DNA of 64,000 nucleotides from an uncultured Gammaproteobacteria bacterium (GTDB taxonomy: Bacteria; Patescibacteriota; Patescibacteriia; Magasanikbacterales; GWA2-37-8), in contig CAYXJO010000004.1 of the NCBI GenBank assembly GCA_964465205.1, forward strand, positions 9,671 to 73,670, written 5' to 3'. The notes below the pieces were generated by a model. The model was not told where the DNA came from and did no database searches. It saw nothing but the letters and a program-made list of their open reading frames with translations. A program made the translations under genes and the position numbers. This document shows, piece by piece, positions 47,386-56,876 of this stretch; within the stretch, counting starts at the first letter, position 1; the number at the start of each line of letters is the position of its first letter.

Positions 47386-48681
47386 ATGTTACGCACCATT
47401 CTTTTGTACATTTTGCGCGTTCTCTCGCAAAAAATTATTCGCAAATACAACCCCGATGTAGTGGGTATCACTGGCTCGGTAGGCAAGACTTCGGCCAAAG
47501 AAGCGGTCGCGGCTGTACTTGGTTCCAAATTCAATGTCCGTTGGAATCACAAAAATTACAATAATGAGATTGGTTTACCGCTCACGATTATCGGTATCGA
47601 CCACACCCCGGGCCATTCTATTTTTGGTTGGCTCGCAGTTTTTGGCAAAGCACTCCATTTGCTATTCGTGCGTACCAAAGACTATCCAGAAGTTTTAGTT
47701 TTGGAAATGGGCGCAGATAAACCCGGCGATATTAAATACTTGACCGATATCGCTCCGTGCAAAGTTGGCGTACTCACCGCCATCGCACATGCGCATACCG
47801 AGTATTTTAAAACACTCAAAAAAATTGCACAGGAAAAAAGGGTAATTATCTCACATCTAAAAAATGATGATTTTGCGATTCTTAATTTCGATTATGATCT
47901 CGTGATGGAAAATCGCGACAAAACCGTGGCCGAAGTGGTAACGTATGGGTTCAAGGATGGTGCCGATTTGCGCGCTAGCGATATCAATTTGCTCACAGAT
48001 GAAAAATCAGATTGGCCAACGGGTTTGAATTTTAAAGTTTCATACAAAGGTAATATCGTGCCAGCCTTTTTGCCGGGGGTGGTGGCAGAGCATCTCATTT
48101 ATGCGCCGCTTGCCGGTATGGCAGTGGGGCTTGTGTTTGGTATCAATCTGGTGGACGCGATTGAGGCAATAAAAAATATCAAGCCTCTCTCTGGACATAT
48201 GCGCTTGGTGCCGGGGATTAAAGGTTCGATGATAATCGACGATACATATAATTCCAGTCCCGAAGCAACTAAATCGGCTTTATATACTTTATCCAAAATT
48301 GTTACTCGCCCAGGCGCGGAAAAATACGCGGTACTCGCGGATATGCTTGAGCTCGGCAGTGAGACAGAGAATACTCACAGAGAAGTGGGTATGAAAGTAG
48401 CTGAGATGGGGGTGGATTATTTGGTCACAGTCGGCGAGGCGTCCAAAGTTACTGCACAGGCGGCCCAAGATTATGGAATGGACGCGAGTCATGTGATTAA
48501 ATTTGCGAGCGCACTTGAAGCTGGTAAGTTTTTACAAGAAAAAATAAAAGCGAGTGATTTGGTGCTCATCAAAGGTTCGCAGAGTATGCGTATGGAGCGT
48601 GCGGTAAAAGAAATTATGGCAGATCCTTTGCACGTGGAGGAATTGCTGGTGCGACAGGGGAGCGAATGGGCGGGGAGATAG
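47386..48681 (+). CDS. murF: UDP-MurNAc-tripeptide:D-Ala-D-Ala ligase
   Basis: GITGSVGKTS, NYNNEIGLPLT, LEMG, IDDTYNSSP, DMLELG, LIKGSQSMRME. Confidence 0.95.
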   Translation: MLRTILLYILRVLSQKIIRKYNPDVVGITGSVGKTSAKEAVAAVLGSKFNVRWNHKNYNNEIGLPLTIIGIDHTPGHSIFGWLAVFGKALHLLFVRTKDYPEVLVLEMGADKPGDIKYLTDIAPCKVGVLTAIAHAHTEYFKTLKKIAQEKRVIISHLKNDDFAILNFDYDLVMENRDKTVAEVVTYGFKDGADLRASDINLLTDEKSDWPTGLNFKVSYKGNIVPAFLPGVVAEHLIYAPLAGMAVGLVFGINLVDAIEAIKNIKPLSGHMRLVPGIKGSMIIDDTYNSSPEATKSALYTLSKIVTRPGAEKYAVLADMLELGSETENTHREVGMKVAEMGVDYLVTVGEASKVTAQAAQDYGMDASHVIKFASALEAGKFLQEKIKASDLVLIKGSQSMRMERAVKEIMADPLHVEELLVRQGSEWAGR

Positions 48682-48688
48682 AGCTTAT

Positions 48689-48712
48689 AAAAAAAGCGCG
48701 GTCAAACCGCGC
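48689..48712 (-). terminator. Cassette terminator
   Basis: gcgcggt-caa-accgcgc with an A-tract on the left. Confidence 0.7.
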
Positions 48713-48722
48713 GTCGAGTTTT

Positions 48723-48998
48723 TTATCCACACTTAATATCGCTGTATGCAATGAATGTTATCGCTGCTCCAAACGCTATACCGATAGCTATAGCTACCAG
48801 GTATTTTTCTGAGGAGTATCTGTGTCGTGCGCGTGTTTTTTCGTTAAAGTATAATATTCCTACGGTTATTATACCAAGGAATATCAACATCATGCAAAAT
48901 ATTTCCGAAGCAACGAATGCCTCCATGAAATACTTCGCACCAATTCCGGCTATTGTTGCCGACGCCACAGGTCCAATCGTGTTAATTATTTTTTTCAT
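48723..48998 (-). CDS. Small three-TM orphan protein (cassette)
   Basis: GGAAGG upstream; promoter TTGACA (49097-49102)-17-TACTTT; GCACTTTTAAAAA boxA-like motif. Confidence 0.65.
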   Translation of the reverse strand: MKKIINTIGPVASATIAGIGAKYFMEAFVASEIFCMMLIFLGIITVGILYFNEKTRARHRYSSEKYLVAIAIGIAFGAAITFIAYSDIKCG

Positions 48999-49152
48999 TA
49001 TAACCTTCCGTTTTCTTATTTGGTAGTAACATGTTTAGATTATGTCATGGAAATTTTTAAAAGTGCCTTAATCAAAGTAGCACCAAATCGACAGCCTGTC
49101 AATATTTTAGATCAAAAAATCTCATACATCATTTACAGCCTACCTTTTAATT

Positions 49153-49653
49153 ATGATCTTACTTGTATATTCTATCATCGGCGTAATTTTTGCCATTGTC
49201 CTTATTTCTACCATTATTGGCATCCCGTGCCTACCTACCCACCGTAAACAGGCGCGCAAGATGATCGAGCTCGCGGAAATAAAACCGGGCGACAAAGTGA
49301 TTGATTTAGGTGCCGGGCATGGCCGACTTTTATTTTTGGCCGCGCAAAAGGGCGCTCACGCCGTCGGATACGAACTCAACCCAGTTTTGGTTGCGTGGAT
49401 TTGGATAAAATCGCAGATTATCAAAACGCCTGGCATGGTAGAAATAAAAATGCGTTCATTATTTACTGCCGATGTACGCTCGGCAGATACAGTATTTTGT
49501 TTTTTATTTCCGGGGTATATGGACAAGTTGGAAGAAAAATTATTTTCCCAAATGAAGCCGGGTACGAAGATTGTTGCGTATGTTTTCCCTTTTCCTAACA
49601 AAAAATATACTCACAAAGAAGAAGGGTGTTTTGTGTATAAAATTTATAAATAA
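49153..49653 (+). CDS. Class I SAM-dependent methyltransferase with N-terminal TM
   Basis: PCLPT, DLGAGHGR, GYELNP. Confidence 0.88.
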   Translation: MILLVYSIIGVIFAIVLISTIIGIPCLPTHRKQARKMIELAEIKPGDKVIDLGAGHGRLLFLAAQKGAHAVGYELNPVLVAWIWIKSQIIKTPGMVEIKMRSLFTADVRSADTVFCFLFPGYMDKLEEKLFSQMKPGTKIVAYVFPFPNKKYTHKEEGCFVYKIYK

Positions 49654-49703
49654 AAAACCGGAGGCGACGCACGCCTCCGGGAGCGGAAACTTCTATGGTG
49701 GGT

Positions 49704-49871
49704 TCAGGCCACGATACCCAATCGCCGGTACTCGGCGACCAGTGCATCGGTTTCTTCCCGCCCCTTGCCGCGCACTTTGCACTCTACGCGAATATTATAC
49801 TCGCTCTGGTAAAAATACGCCGTCCGGGCGTATCCATACCAGTGGAAGAGTGCTACAACCACGCCAATCAT
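49704..49871 (-). CDS. Possible 55-aa orphan ORF or cassette remnant
   Basis: MIGVVVALFHWYGYART...LGIVA*; more GC-rich than its flanks; followed by a hairpin and A-tract at 49652-49680; no SD seen. Confidence 0.35.
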   Translation of the reverse strand: MIGVVVALFHWYGYARTAYFYQSEYNIRVECKVRGKGREETDALVAEYRRLGIVA

Positions 49872-49960
49872 AATCAAAAAACAGAAATTCGTGAGTTTTT
49901 GTTTAATGATAAATAAAAAAACGGCAAGCTTAGAGCTGCCGCTATATTTTTATAATTATA

Positions 49961-50502
49961 TTACCAGATTGACTTTTGGATCAATTTATCACCATGCTTG
50001 GTCAAAACTTCTGTTATGTTTTTACTCCCGTAATCCATTATTTTCAATTGCCCATCGGCAAGAGTAAAATTACTGGGATTGACCATGTGGTGGTGATCTA
50101 TCAATATGTCATTTCCAAGTAAACTACTCATTATTTTGGCAAATTGTTTTATTTCTGTACGATACGGTTTGCCGTATTTCTGGATGTTAATTAGTCCAAA
50201 GGCGGATATGATGGTGGGTTGTAGGAATGGGTGTTTTGTTTTGCGAAATAATTTGTATTCTCGCCAATTGTTAATAATCCCGGCAAATAATTTACCACGT
50301 ATGGTCGTGGGATTATCTGCCGAAAAAGACAACTTATATTTGAGTAAAATTATCCCCAAATGTAAGTTCTTTTTTTATAGCGAAACACTACTTGCCATAC
50401 ACTGCACAATGCTTGTATACAGTGAATTTTTGGGATTTTTATTACGATCCCAAACAATGGCAAGGCCACCACTATTCTAGTACTGCCTTGGTATATTTCC
50501 AT
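49961..50502 (-). pseudogene. Kinase-like orphan gene with a frameshift in an A7 run (50370-50376)
   Basis: AAAGGGGA then ATG; MEIYQGSTRIVV...VIKIP. Removing one A joins it to the 49961-50359 frame ending HH..NP.NF...LKIMDYG. Confidence 0.65.
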
Positions 50503-50539
50503 GATTCCCCCTTTGATTTAAAAGTGCGTTTCAAAATTG

Positions 50540-50611
50540 TAGCTCGTAGGGGAATCGAACCCCTATTTCCGCCGTGAGAGGGCAGCGTCCTAGCCGTTAG
50601 ACGAACGAGCC
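50540..50611 (-). tRNA. tRNA-Glu (anticodon CTC), CCA not encoded
   Basis: GGCTCGT acceptor stem, CTGCC-CTCTCAC-GGCGG anticodon arm, AGGGG-TTCGATT-CCCCT T arm. Confidence 0.95.
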
Positions 50612-50702
50612 GTGATGCGGAGTATGATAACATAAATTGATCCAAAAGTCAATCATTTGTTTATTTACAAAAGACATAAAAGGCGCTAAAATAGAGCTTG
50701 AT

Positions 50703-51821
50703 ATGAAAAAAACTCTCCTTATTACCCTTGAGTATCCGCCGCAAATCGGTGGCATCGCCAGTTATGTATATAATTTAGCCCTACATCTGCCTTCTGAGCA
50801 GGCGGTAGTTTGTGCGCCCAAACAAAAAGGCGACACTGAGTTTGATCAAAAAAATCCTTGGAAAACTTATCGGGTCAGGCCGTTCTGCGCCCTGTTTTGG
50901 CCGCGCTGGGTGCGTCTTTTGTGGCATGTGTGGCGTATAGTCAGAAAAGAAAAAATTGAGCAATTATATATTCACCATACTTTGCCGGTAGGCTATGTTG
51001 CTAAAATTATCAAACAATTATTCAAAATCAACTATACTTTATTTATTCACGGCACTGATTTGCATGTGGGTACACGTAATTGGTGGAAACGTCGTCAGTT
51101 TCGCAAAGTTTGTCTGTCGGCTGAAACCATAATAGTGAATAGTGAATTTTTAAAAAATAAATTATTAGCAAAATTTGAACAGCTATCCAATGTTATCGTT
51201 CTCAACCCCTGTCCATCTGATATTTTTTTAACATCTCAACCTCACGACAAATTATCGCACTTGCGTTCGCAGTTGGCAGTGGGTGGTAAACGGGTTATGG
51301 TAGCTGTAGGCCGTTTGGTAGATGGTAAGGGGTATCCGCATTTGATCAATGCTTTATCAGAAATTGTCGCGCAAGTACCAAACGCGTTACTGCTTTTAAT
51401 TGGCGATGGTCCCAAACGTGATGAATTAATGCGTATGGTACAAAAAAATAATTTACAAAATTCAGTACGTTTTTTGGGTAATGTTCCGCACACAGAATTG
51501 TCGGCGTATTACCAGATTTCAGATTTGTTTGTTTTGCTCACTCATCCGGATGAGAATACCGAAGAGGGTTGGGGTACGGCATTTTTGGAAGCAGCCGCCT
51601 CGGGTTTGCCGGCCGTGGCCGGACGGGCTGGTGGGGTAGAGGAGGCGGTAGAAAATTTGGTCACCGGAATCGTAGTGGATGTCGCCAAGCCGGAATTAAT
51701 AATTAAAAATATTGTTGAATTATTGAAAAATATTGATTATACCCATCAGCTGGGTATGGCTGCGCGCGAACGAGTGATGCGAGAGTTTCGTTGGGATAAA
51801 CAAGTGGCAAAATTATTATAG
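50703..51821 (+). CDS. Glycosyltransferase family 4 (PimB-like)
   Basis: EYPPQIGGI, HGTD, VGRLVDGKG, EGWGTAFLEA, GGVEEAV. Start taken at MKKTLL. Confidence 0.92.
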   Translation: MKKTLLITLEYPPQIGGIASYVYNLALHLPSEQAVVCAPKQKGDTEFDQKNPWKTYRVRPFCALFWPRWVRLLWHVWRIVRKEKIEQLYIHHTLPVGYVAKIIKQLFKINYTLFIHGTDLHVGTRNWWKRRQFRKVCLSAETIIVNSEFLKNKLLAKFEQLSNVIVLNPCPSDIFLTSQPHDKLSHLRSQLAVGGKRVMVAVGRLVDGKGYPHLINALSEIVAQVPNALLLLIGDGPKRDELMRMVQKNNLQNSVRFLGNVPHTELSAYYQISDLFVLLTHPDENTEEGWGTAFLEAAASGLPAVAGRAGGVEEAVENLVTGIVVDVAKPELIIKNIVELLKNIDYTHQLGMAARERVMREFRWDKQVAKLL

Positions 51822-51831
51822 TATACTGTTT

Positions 51832-52560
51832 ATGATTAGCGTAGTTATTCCTGTTTATAATCACGCCCACACTCTAAAAAAGTGTATCTTGGGTTTGGTG
51901 AATCAAACTTATCGACTGTTAGAAATAATTATTGTAAACGATGGTAGTACGGATGATTTTTTGCGCACGGCATCCACGGTCGAAGGTATTTTGAAAACTC
52001 AAAACATTGAATATAAAATTATCAATCAAAAAAATGCCGGCGCACCGGCTGCGCGCAATCGCGGTTGGCGTGAATCAAAAGGGGATTATGTGATATTTTA
52101 TGATGCCGATATTATTGCCCAGCCAATAATGTTACAAAAAATGCATGATGCGCTCACACACAATCCAACAGTTTCATATAGTTATAGTCAGTTTCGTTTT
52201 GGTTGGAAAAAAATAAAAGCCCAAGAATTTGATGCTGATGATTTGCGCCAAAATAATTACGTAAATACAGTTTCGTTAATCCGGCGGAGCGCGCTAGTAG
52301 AAGTATTTGGTAGTAATAATCCGTGGGATGAAAACTTGAAACGTTTTCAAGATTGGGATTTGTTTTTGACGCTTTTAGAAAATAACAAAACCGGCGTTTT
52401 TGTGCCGGAAGTATTGTATGGCGTGCGGGTGAGTGGACGAATAGGTATTAGTAGCTGGTTGCCTAGCTTCATATATCGTTTGCCGTGGAAGACGACCCAA
52501 GTAAAAAAATACGAAGCAGCACGAGAGATTATTGCACGCAAACACGGATTGAAATTTTAA
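51832..52560 (+). CDS. Glycosyltransferase family 2
   Basis: SVVIPVYN, VNDGSTD, ARNRG, DAD, QDWD. Confidence 0.93.
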   Translation: MISVVIPVYNHAHTLKKCILGLVNQTYRLLEIIIVNDGSTDDFLRTASTVEGILKTQNIEYKIINQKNAGAPAARNRGWRESKGDYVIFYDADIIAQPIMLQKMHDALTHNPTVSYSYSQFRFGWKKIKAQEFDADDLRQNNYVNTVSLIRRSALVEVFGSNNPWDENLKRFQDWDLFLTLLENNKTGVFVPEVLYGVRVSGRIGISSWLPSFIYRLPWKTTQVKKYEAAREIIARKHGLKF

Positions 52561-54401
52561 ACCTGATCCGCGATTTTTATAAAGAAGGCTCTATCTTTTG
52601 GGTGATTGAGAAGTTTGACAACTTCTTCTTTTTTTACCCAACGCGCTTCGGGATTTTCGGGATCCAGAGGACAAAGCTGTCCGGTGCCGCGTGCTAGGAA
52701 AAAGCTGATTTGTTTGTGGATATAGAGATTGTATGGTGGAATATATGTTAGTCGTTCGTAATCCCCAAGAAATTTGGTGATTTGCAAGTTTTCGGGTGCG
52801 ATGCCTGTTTCTTCGTATATCTCTCTTTTGGCCGCCACGCTTACATCTTCATTCGGCTCCACATTGCCTTTGGGAAATGTCCAGGTGTGCGATTTGAGAT
52901 TTGACACCATTGCAATCTCGTTTTGTTTGTTCACTACTATACCACCGGTGCTATGTGAAAAATACCAGCCAATTGGCGAGATGATTATTATTAGCCACAC
53001 CATACCGATGACGTGGGTTAGGGCCGGCGAAGTGATATTAATAATTAAAAAACAAAATAAAGTTGCCAAAAAAATTCTGCGCGCGTCTCCGACTTTGTTT
53101 TTAAATATATTGAATATTAAATATCCGATAAAATACAACCAAGCTACCAACCCTAGTAGTCCCAACTCCGCGGCGATTTCAAAATATCCCCAATCAAAAT
53201 GTGGAGTGGTAATTGTTTTTTTCAAAATCGGACTATAGATAGTCACAGTATCTCCCAAACCGGTGCCAAAAAACGGGGTATATTTAATTTTTTCCCAGAT
53301 CGCCGGTAAAATAAGCAATCGCGACAAGCCACTATCATCCAGTTGAGGTGCGGAAATGGCTTGAGTACGTAATCCGAGTAGCTCCCATCCCGCACTGTGC
53401 CCGCGACTGGCAAATAGATGTGTGCTAGAAAAAATAACTACAAAAGTGACAATAACTCCGGCACCATACATCAGCAGACGTTGCCAGTTATCACGACGCA
53501 CCAGTAATAATAAGCCACCTGCAATACCCAACATATAGGCGCGAGTAAGACTAAGCGACAAGACCGCTAAAAGTAAAATTGCGAGAACGACAAATATATT
53601 TTTATGCGGCGCGGCTGGTATTTTTCTGCTATCGGGCCCACGATCTGTTTGTGGGGCGGTTTGGCGACCGATAAAATATACCAACAACGGCGACAGTAAT
53701 AAGTGCTCGTTTAATACTACGCGATAAAAGTTTTGAGTTAAATCGGTAATTTTACCACCGGCCACATCGCGAAACCAGTGATAAAAATTATCTTGCAAAG
53801 TAAATATTCCGGAAGAAAAACCACTAAAAGTAAAAAACGCAAAAGTTACATTCCCAATAATACCGGCTACAAATAAATTGAATAGGGTAGAGCGAAATGG
53901 TTTGTTGGTCCAAAAATGGAGTAAGGGGAAGGTGTATAATAAAAATACGTATGGTAAACCGTCGGCAAATATCAGTTTTATATCGTGTCCGTTCAGGTAG
54001 CCGTTAATCGCCCCAAACTCAGCAATCATTAGTAATAGTAAAATCGGCGCGGCCATTTGGCGTATGAGAAAATAAAGTTCTTGTTGAATAAACCTGTCAC
54101 GAATAATTTGAAAAGTAAAAATTATTAGGGAACCAAATAATAACCAAGTACGCAGTGCTATTCCACCTAGTGCTAGATATCCACCGGCACCACCCAGGAT
54201 AATCTCCCCGGCGATGATGGCCCAGCCGCGCCAATCTTGCTTAAATATCAAATAGATCGTACCGACGAAAATCAGCGTGGTGATAATTTGATTCACAATA
54301 CTGGCAACTTGTAGTGGTGTGTCTGGGCCAAAAAAATACGCGAACACGCGTAAAACAAAATATCCTATAATAAAACCAGTCAGTTGTTTTTTGTTTAGCA
54401 T
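52557..54401 (-). CDS. O-antigen ligase-family protein fused to a C-terminal Nudix domain
   Basis: SLTRA, PFFGTGLG, HFDWGYFEI; complete Nudix box GNVEPNEDVSVAAKREIYEETGI. Confidence 0.85.
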   Translation of the reverse strand: MLNKKQLTGFIIGYFVLRVFAYFFGPDTPLQVASIVNQIITTLIFVGTIYLIFKQDWRGWAIIAGEIILGGAGGYLALGGIALRTWLLFGSLIIFTFQIIRDRFIQQELYFLIRQMAAPILLLLMIAEFGAINGYLNGHDIKLIFADGLPYVFLLYTFPLLHFWTNKPFRSTLFNLFVAGIIGNVTFAFFTFSGFSSGIFTLQDNFYHWFRDVAGGKITDLTQNFYRVVLNEHLLLSPLLVYFIGRQTAPQTDRGPDSRKIPAAPHKNIFVVLAILLLAVLSLSLTRAYMLGIAGGLLLLVRRDNWQRLLMYGAGVIVTFVVIFSSTHLFASRGHSAGWELLGLRTQAISAPQLDDSGLSRLLILPAIWEKIKYTPFFGTGLGDTVTIYSPILKKTITTPHFDWGYFEIAAELGLLGLVAWLYFIGYLIFNIFKNKVGDARRIFLATLFCFLIINITSPALTHVIGMVWLIIIISPIGWYFSHSTGGIVVNKQNEIAMVSNLKSHTWTFPKGNVEPNEDVSVAAKREIYEETGIAPENLQITKFLGDYERLTYIPPYNLYIHKQISFFLARGTGQLCPLDPENPEARWVKKEEVVKLLNHPKDRAFFIKIADQV

Positions 54402-55300
54402 AATAGCGTGCGGTAGCCATTCAGAAATATGGTGGCACCCATGGCTTTTTTACCTTCTAGCTGCAAATTCAATACCTCGATTGCTCCATTTTTGCAGCCG
54501 AAAAATATTTTTTCATTTTCGATTTCTATTTTTCCCGGGGCCACATTACGATCGACCGGTTGGATGGTGATGAATTTTATTCTTTTGCCGCTTAGTTCTG
54601 TCCAAATTCCCGGCCAAGGAGTAAGTGCTCGATACAAATTGTATATCTGAGTGACGGTTTGTTCGGTGAAGTTTATTTTGCCATCATTGCGAGATAGTGG
54701 TTTGCAGTAAGTGGCTTCGTTTTCGTTTTGAGATACGGGTTGAATATTCCCAACGACCCACTTTGGGGCCGTGTCTAGAAGGGTAAAAATAGCCTTTTCC
54801 AGCAGTTTTTGGGCCAAAGTGGTGTGATTATCGGTATCTTCTATTGTGACCTTTTCTTGGTTCAAAATAGGACCATGGTCCATTTTTTCGTCCATAAGCA
54901 TAATCGTCACCCCGGTTTCTGTGTCGCCATTTATAATTGCCGTCTGAATAGGGGCCGCTCCGCGATATTTCGGCAATAGGGAAGTGTGTACATTGATAGA
55001 TTGGAATTTGGCCCCATCTAAAATATTTTTGGGTATAATAAACCCGTATTGACACACAATGTTCAAATCAACGGCGTAAGGTTGAAAATCAAAATTTTTT
55101 AGTGTGGTAGGTTGTAGAATATTCAAATTCAATTTCTGTGCCAAAATTTTTACCGGCGGAGACTGAAGTTCCTGGTGTCGACCGACGGGTTTGTCGGGCG
55201 CGGAAAAAACATTTTTTATTTCAAAAAGGCCGCTATTATGTAGAGCCTGTAGAATGCCGGCGGCAAAATCGTGTGTACCAAAGAAATTAATTGAGATCAT
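54395..55300 (-). CDS. fmt: Methionyl-tRNA formyltransferase
   Basis: FFGT.DFA, PDKPVGR, NVHTSLLPKYRGAAPIQ, MDHGP, PWPG. Confidence 0.97.
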   Translation of the reverse strand: MISINFFGTHDFAAGILQALHNSGLFEIKNVFSAPDKPVGRHQELQSPPVKILAQKLNLNILQPTTLKNFDFQPYAVDLNIVCQYGFIIPKNILDGAKFQSINVHTSLLPKYRGAAPIQTAIINGDTETGVTIMLMDEKMDHGPILNQEKVTIEDTDNHTTLAQKLLEKAIFTLLDTAPKWVVGNIQPVSQNENEATYCKPLSRNDGKINFTEQTVTQIYNLYRALTPWPGIWTELSGKRIKFITIQPVDRNVAPGKIEIENEKIFFGCKNGAIEVLNLQLEGKKAMGATIFLNGYRTLLC

Positions 55301-55302
55301 AA

Positions 55303-55788
55303 TTATGAGTTTTTGTCTTCACGGCGAATATTCTTGGCTTTTTCAATAAATAATATGCCATTAATATGGTCTACTTCATGTTGTACTATGCGCGCAAAAT
55401 AATTTTCGGCATTAAACGTAATCGTTTGCCCCAATTCGTTCATGGCTTTGACCGCGATTTTTTTGTATCGCTTTACGTCGCCCCATACTCCGGGCACCGA
55501 CAAGCAACCTTCGGTATCGGAAGTTTTTATGATGCTTTTTTTCTCCCACACCGGATTGATCAATACCAAATCTTGATCTGTGCCAGCGTATTGTTTTGCA
55601 ATCACACACAGGGCAAGGGACTCGGACACTTGCGGGGCGGCGATACCTACGCCATCTTTGGCGTACATAGTTTCGGTCATGTCGGCGATTAATTTTTTGA
55701 TTTTATTGGATTGCAAATCAGCCACGGTTATTTCCGCGCCTTTTTTATGCAGAATTGGATTGGGTTCGGTAGTCACCGATAGTATCAT
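55303..55788 (-). CDS. def: Peptide deformylase
   Basis: GVGIAAPQV, EGCLSVP, QHEVDH. Confidence 0.97.
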   Translation of the reverse strand: MILSVTTEPNPILHKKGAEITVADLQSNKIKKLIADMTETMYAKDGVGIAAPQVSESLALCVIAKQYAGTDQDLVLINPVWEKKSIIKTSDTEGCLSVPGVWGDVKRYKKIAVKAMNELGQTITFNAENYFARIVQHEVDHINGILFIEKAKNIRREDKNS

Positions 55789-55798
55789 AATCCTGTAA

Positions 55799-56059
55799 TT
55801 ATTTTTCTTGTACTTTATTTTTGCTTGTCCGCCACAGGAATAATTTGGCCGGAGAAGACGCTTGGCTTTCGTTAATTTCGGAAAAAATTCTACGCGCCTC
55901 GGCCGTGCCGATACGTTTGATTATTCCCAAATACATGCCAAATTTTTTGCGTTCCCCAAAAGAGGACGATATCACATCGGCCCAGTAGTGGGCTTCAGAG
56001 TGAATATTCTTATTAGCAGTTTTTTGCTCTTTTGTCAAGATGTTTTTAATATCATCCAT
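55799..56059 (-). CDS. Small hypothetical protein
   Basis: 86-aa ORF tightly packed in the operon, with core-type codon usage. Confidence 0.7.
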   Translation of the reverse strand: MDDIKNILTKEQKTANKNIHSEAHYWADVISSSFGERKKFGMYLGIIKRIGTAEARRIFSEINESQASSPAKLFLWRTSKNKVQEK

Positions 56060-56077
56060 AATCAGTGAAGTGCTAAT

Positions 56078-56875
56078 TTAGATGATGAAATTGGCTGTGA
56101 GATAGCCAACACCCATTGGTGCTTCGTAGCAGTATGAACGATAAGTATAGTTTTGATCATGAATAATACCCATGAGTATGAGAATGGCACGAAAGCCGGG
56201 ATCAGCTGCTGCCGCTTTTACGAAATTGGGATCAAATTGCAACATGTTTGCCACATTTTTATTGGCCAAAAGATCCTGAATTTTTTTATCGAATTCCGGA
56301 CCGGACTCGTTGTATCCAGCGGGTGCTTCGGAAGTCAGGGCGTGTGAGAGATCGCCTGAGGCTATCACCGCTATACGTTTATTGGTATTCATGATTTGGT
56401 CATTGATTAGATTGCCGAGGTCCCAATGAGCCTTGAAATCCAATTCAGAATAGCCAATCGGTAGAATATTAGTGTTGGTGAGATGAGAAGACAGAAAAAA
56501 CAACGGCACGGCTGTGGGGTGGTCCAATAGTTTTTCACTGATGAGTACCGTCGGTATGCTATTATCTTTTGTGGCTTCGCGAATAGCCGCAGTGAGTGTC
56601 ATCTCACCGTGAAATTGAAGTTTGGTGGTCAAATCACCAAAATCTCGCAGGTCAGTCTCATAATCCGGCGACATATTTATCGTGAACGCGTCCGGAAGTA
56701 GGTGATTGTGCGACGATATCACCAAAATAGTGTCGGGTTTGCTCAAGTAGAGGTCCTCCTCTAGTTGTGCTAAGGCCTTTCTGGTTTTGTCTAATTTTTT
56801 TAAATCTTCCTCTTTGCCGATTGTAGGCAAAAGTAATGGTGGGTGCGGCGTAATTGCCGCAAAAGCTAGCGACAT
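56078..56875 (-). CDS. LigB/MEMO-like protein (AmmeMemoRadiSam protein B-like)
   Basis: PHPPLL.P.IG, LDH..AVPL, IASGDLSH, YEAPMGVGY. Start taken at MSLAFAA. Confidence 0.85.
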   Translation of the reverse strand: MSLAFAAITPHPPLLLPTIGKEEDLKKLDKTRKALAQLEEDLYLSKPDTILVISSHNHLLPDAFTINMSPDYETDLRDFGDLTTKLQFHGEMTLTAAIREATKDNSIPTVLISEKLLDHPTAVPLFFLSSHLTNTNILPIGYSELDFKAHWDLGNLINDQIMNTNKRIAVIASGDLSHALTSEAPAGYNESGPEFDKKIQDLLANKNVANMLQFDPNFVKAAAADPGFRAILILMGIIHDQNYTYRSYCYEAPMGVGYLTANFII

Positions 56876-56876
56876 A

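Noticed and set aside
55786-55798. AGGA upstream of def as a counter-example SD in a core gene
   Set aside because: Only 2 nt from the ATG, too close for a functional SD. Noted as a caveat to the two-class pattern.
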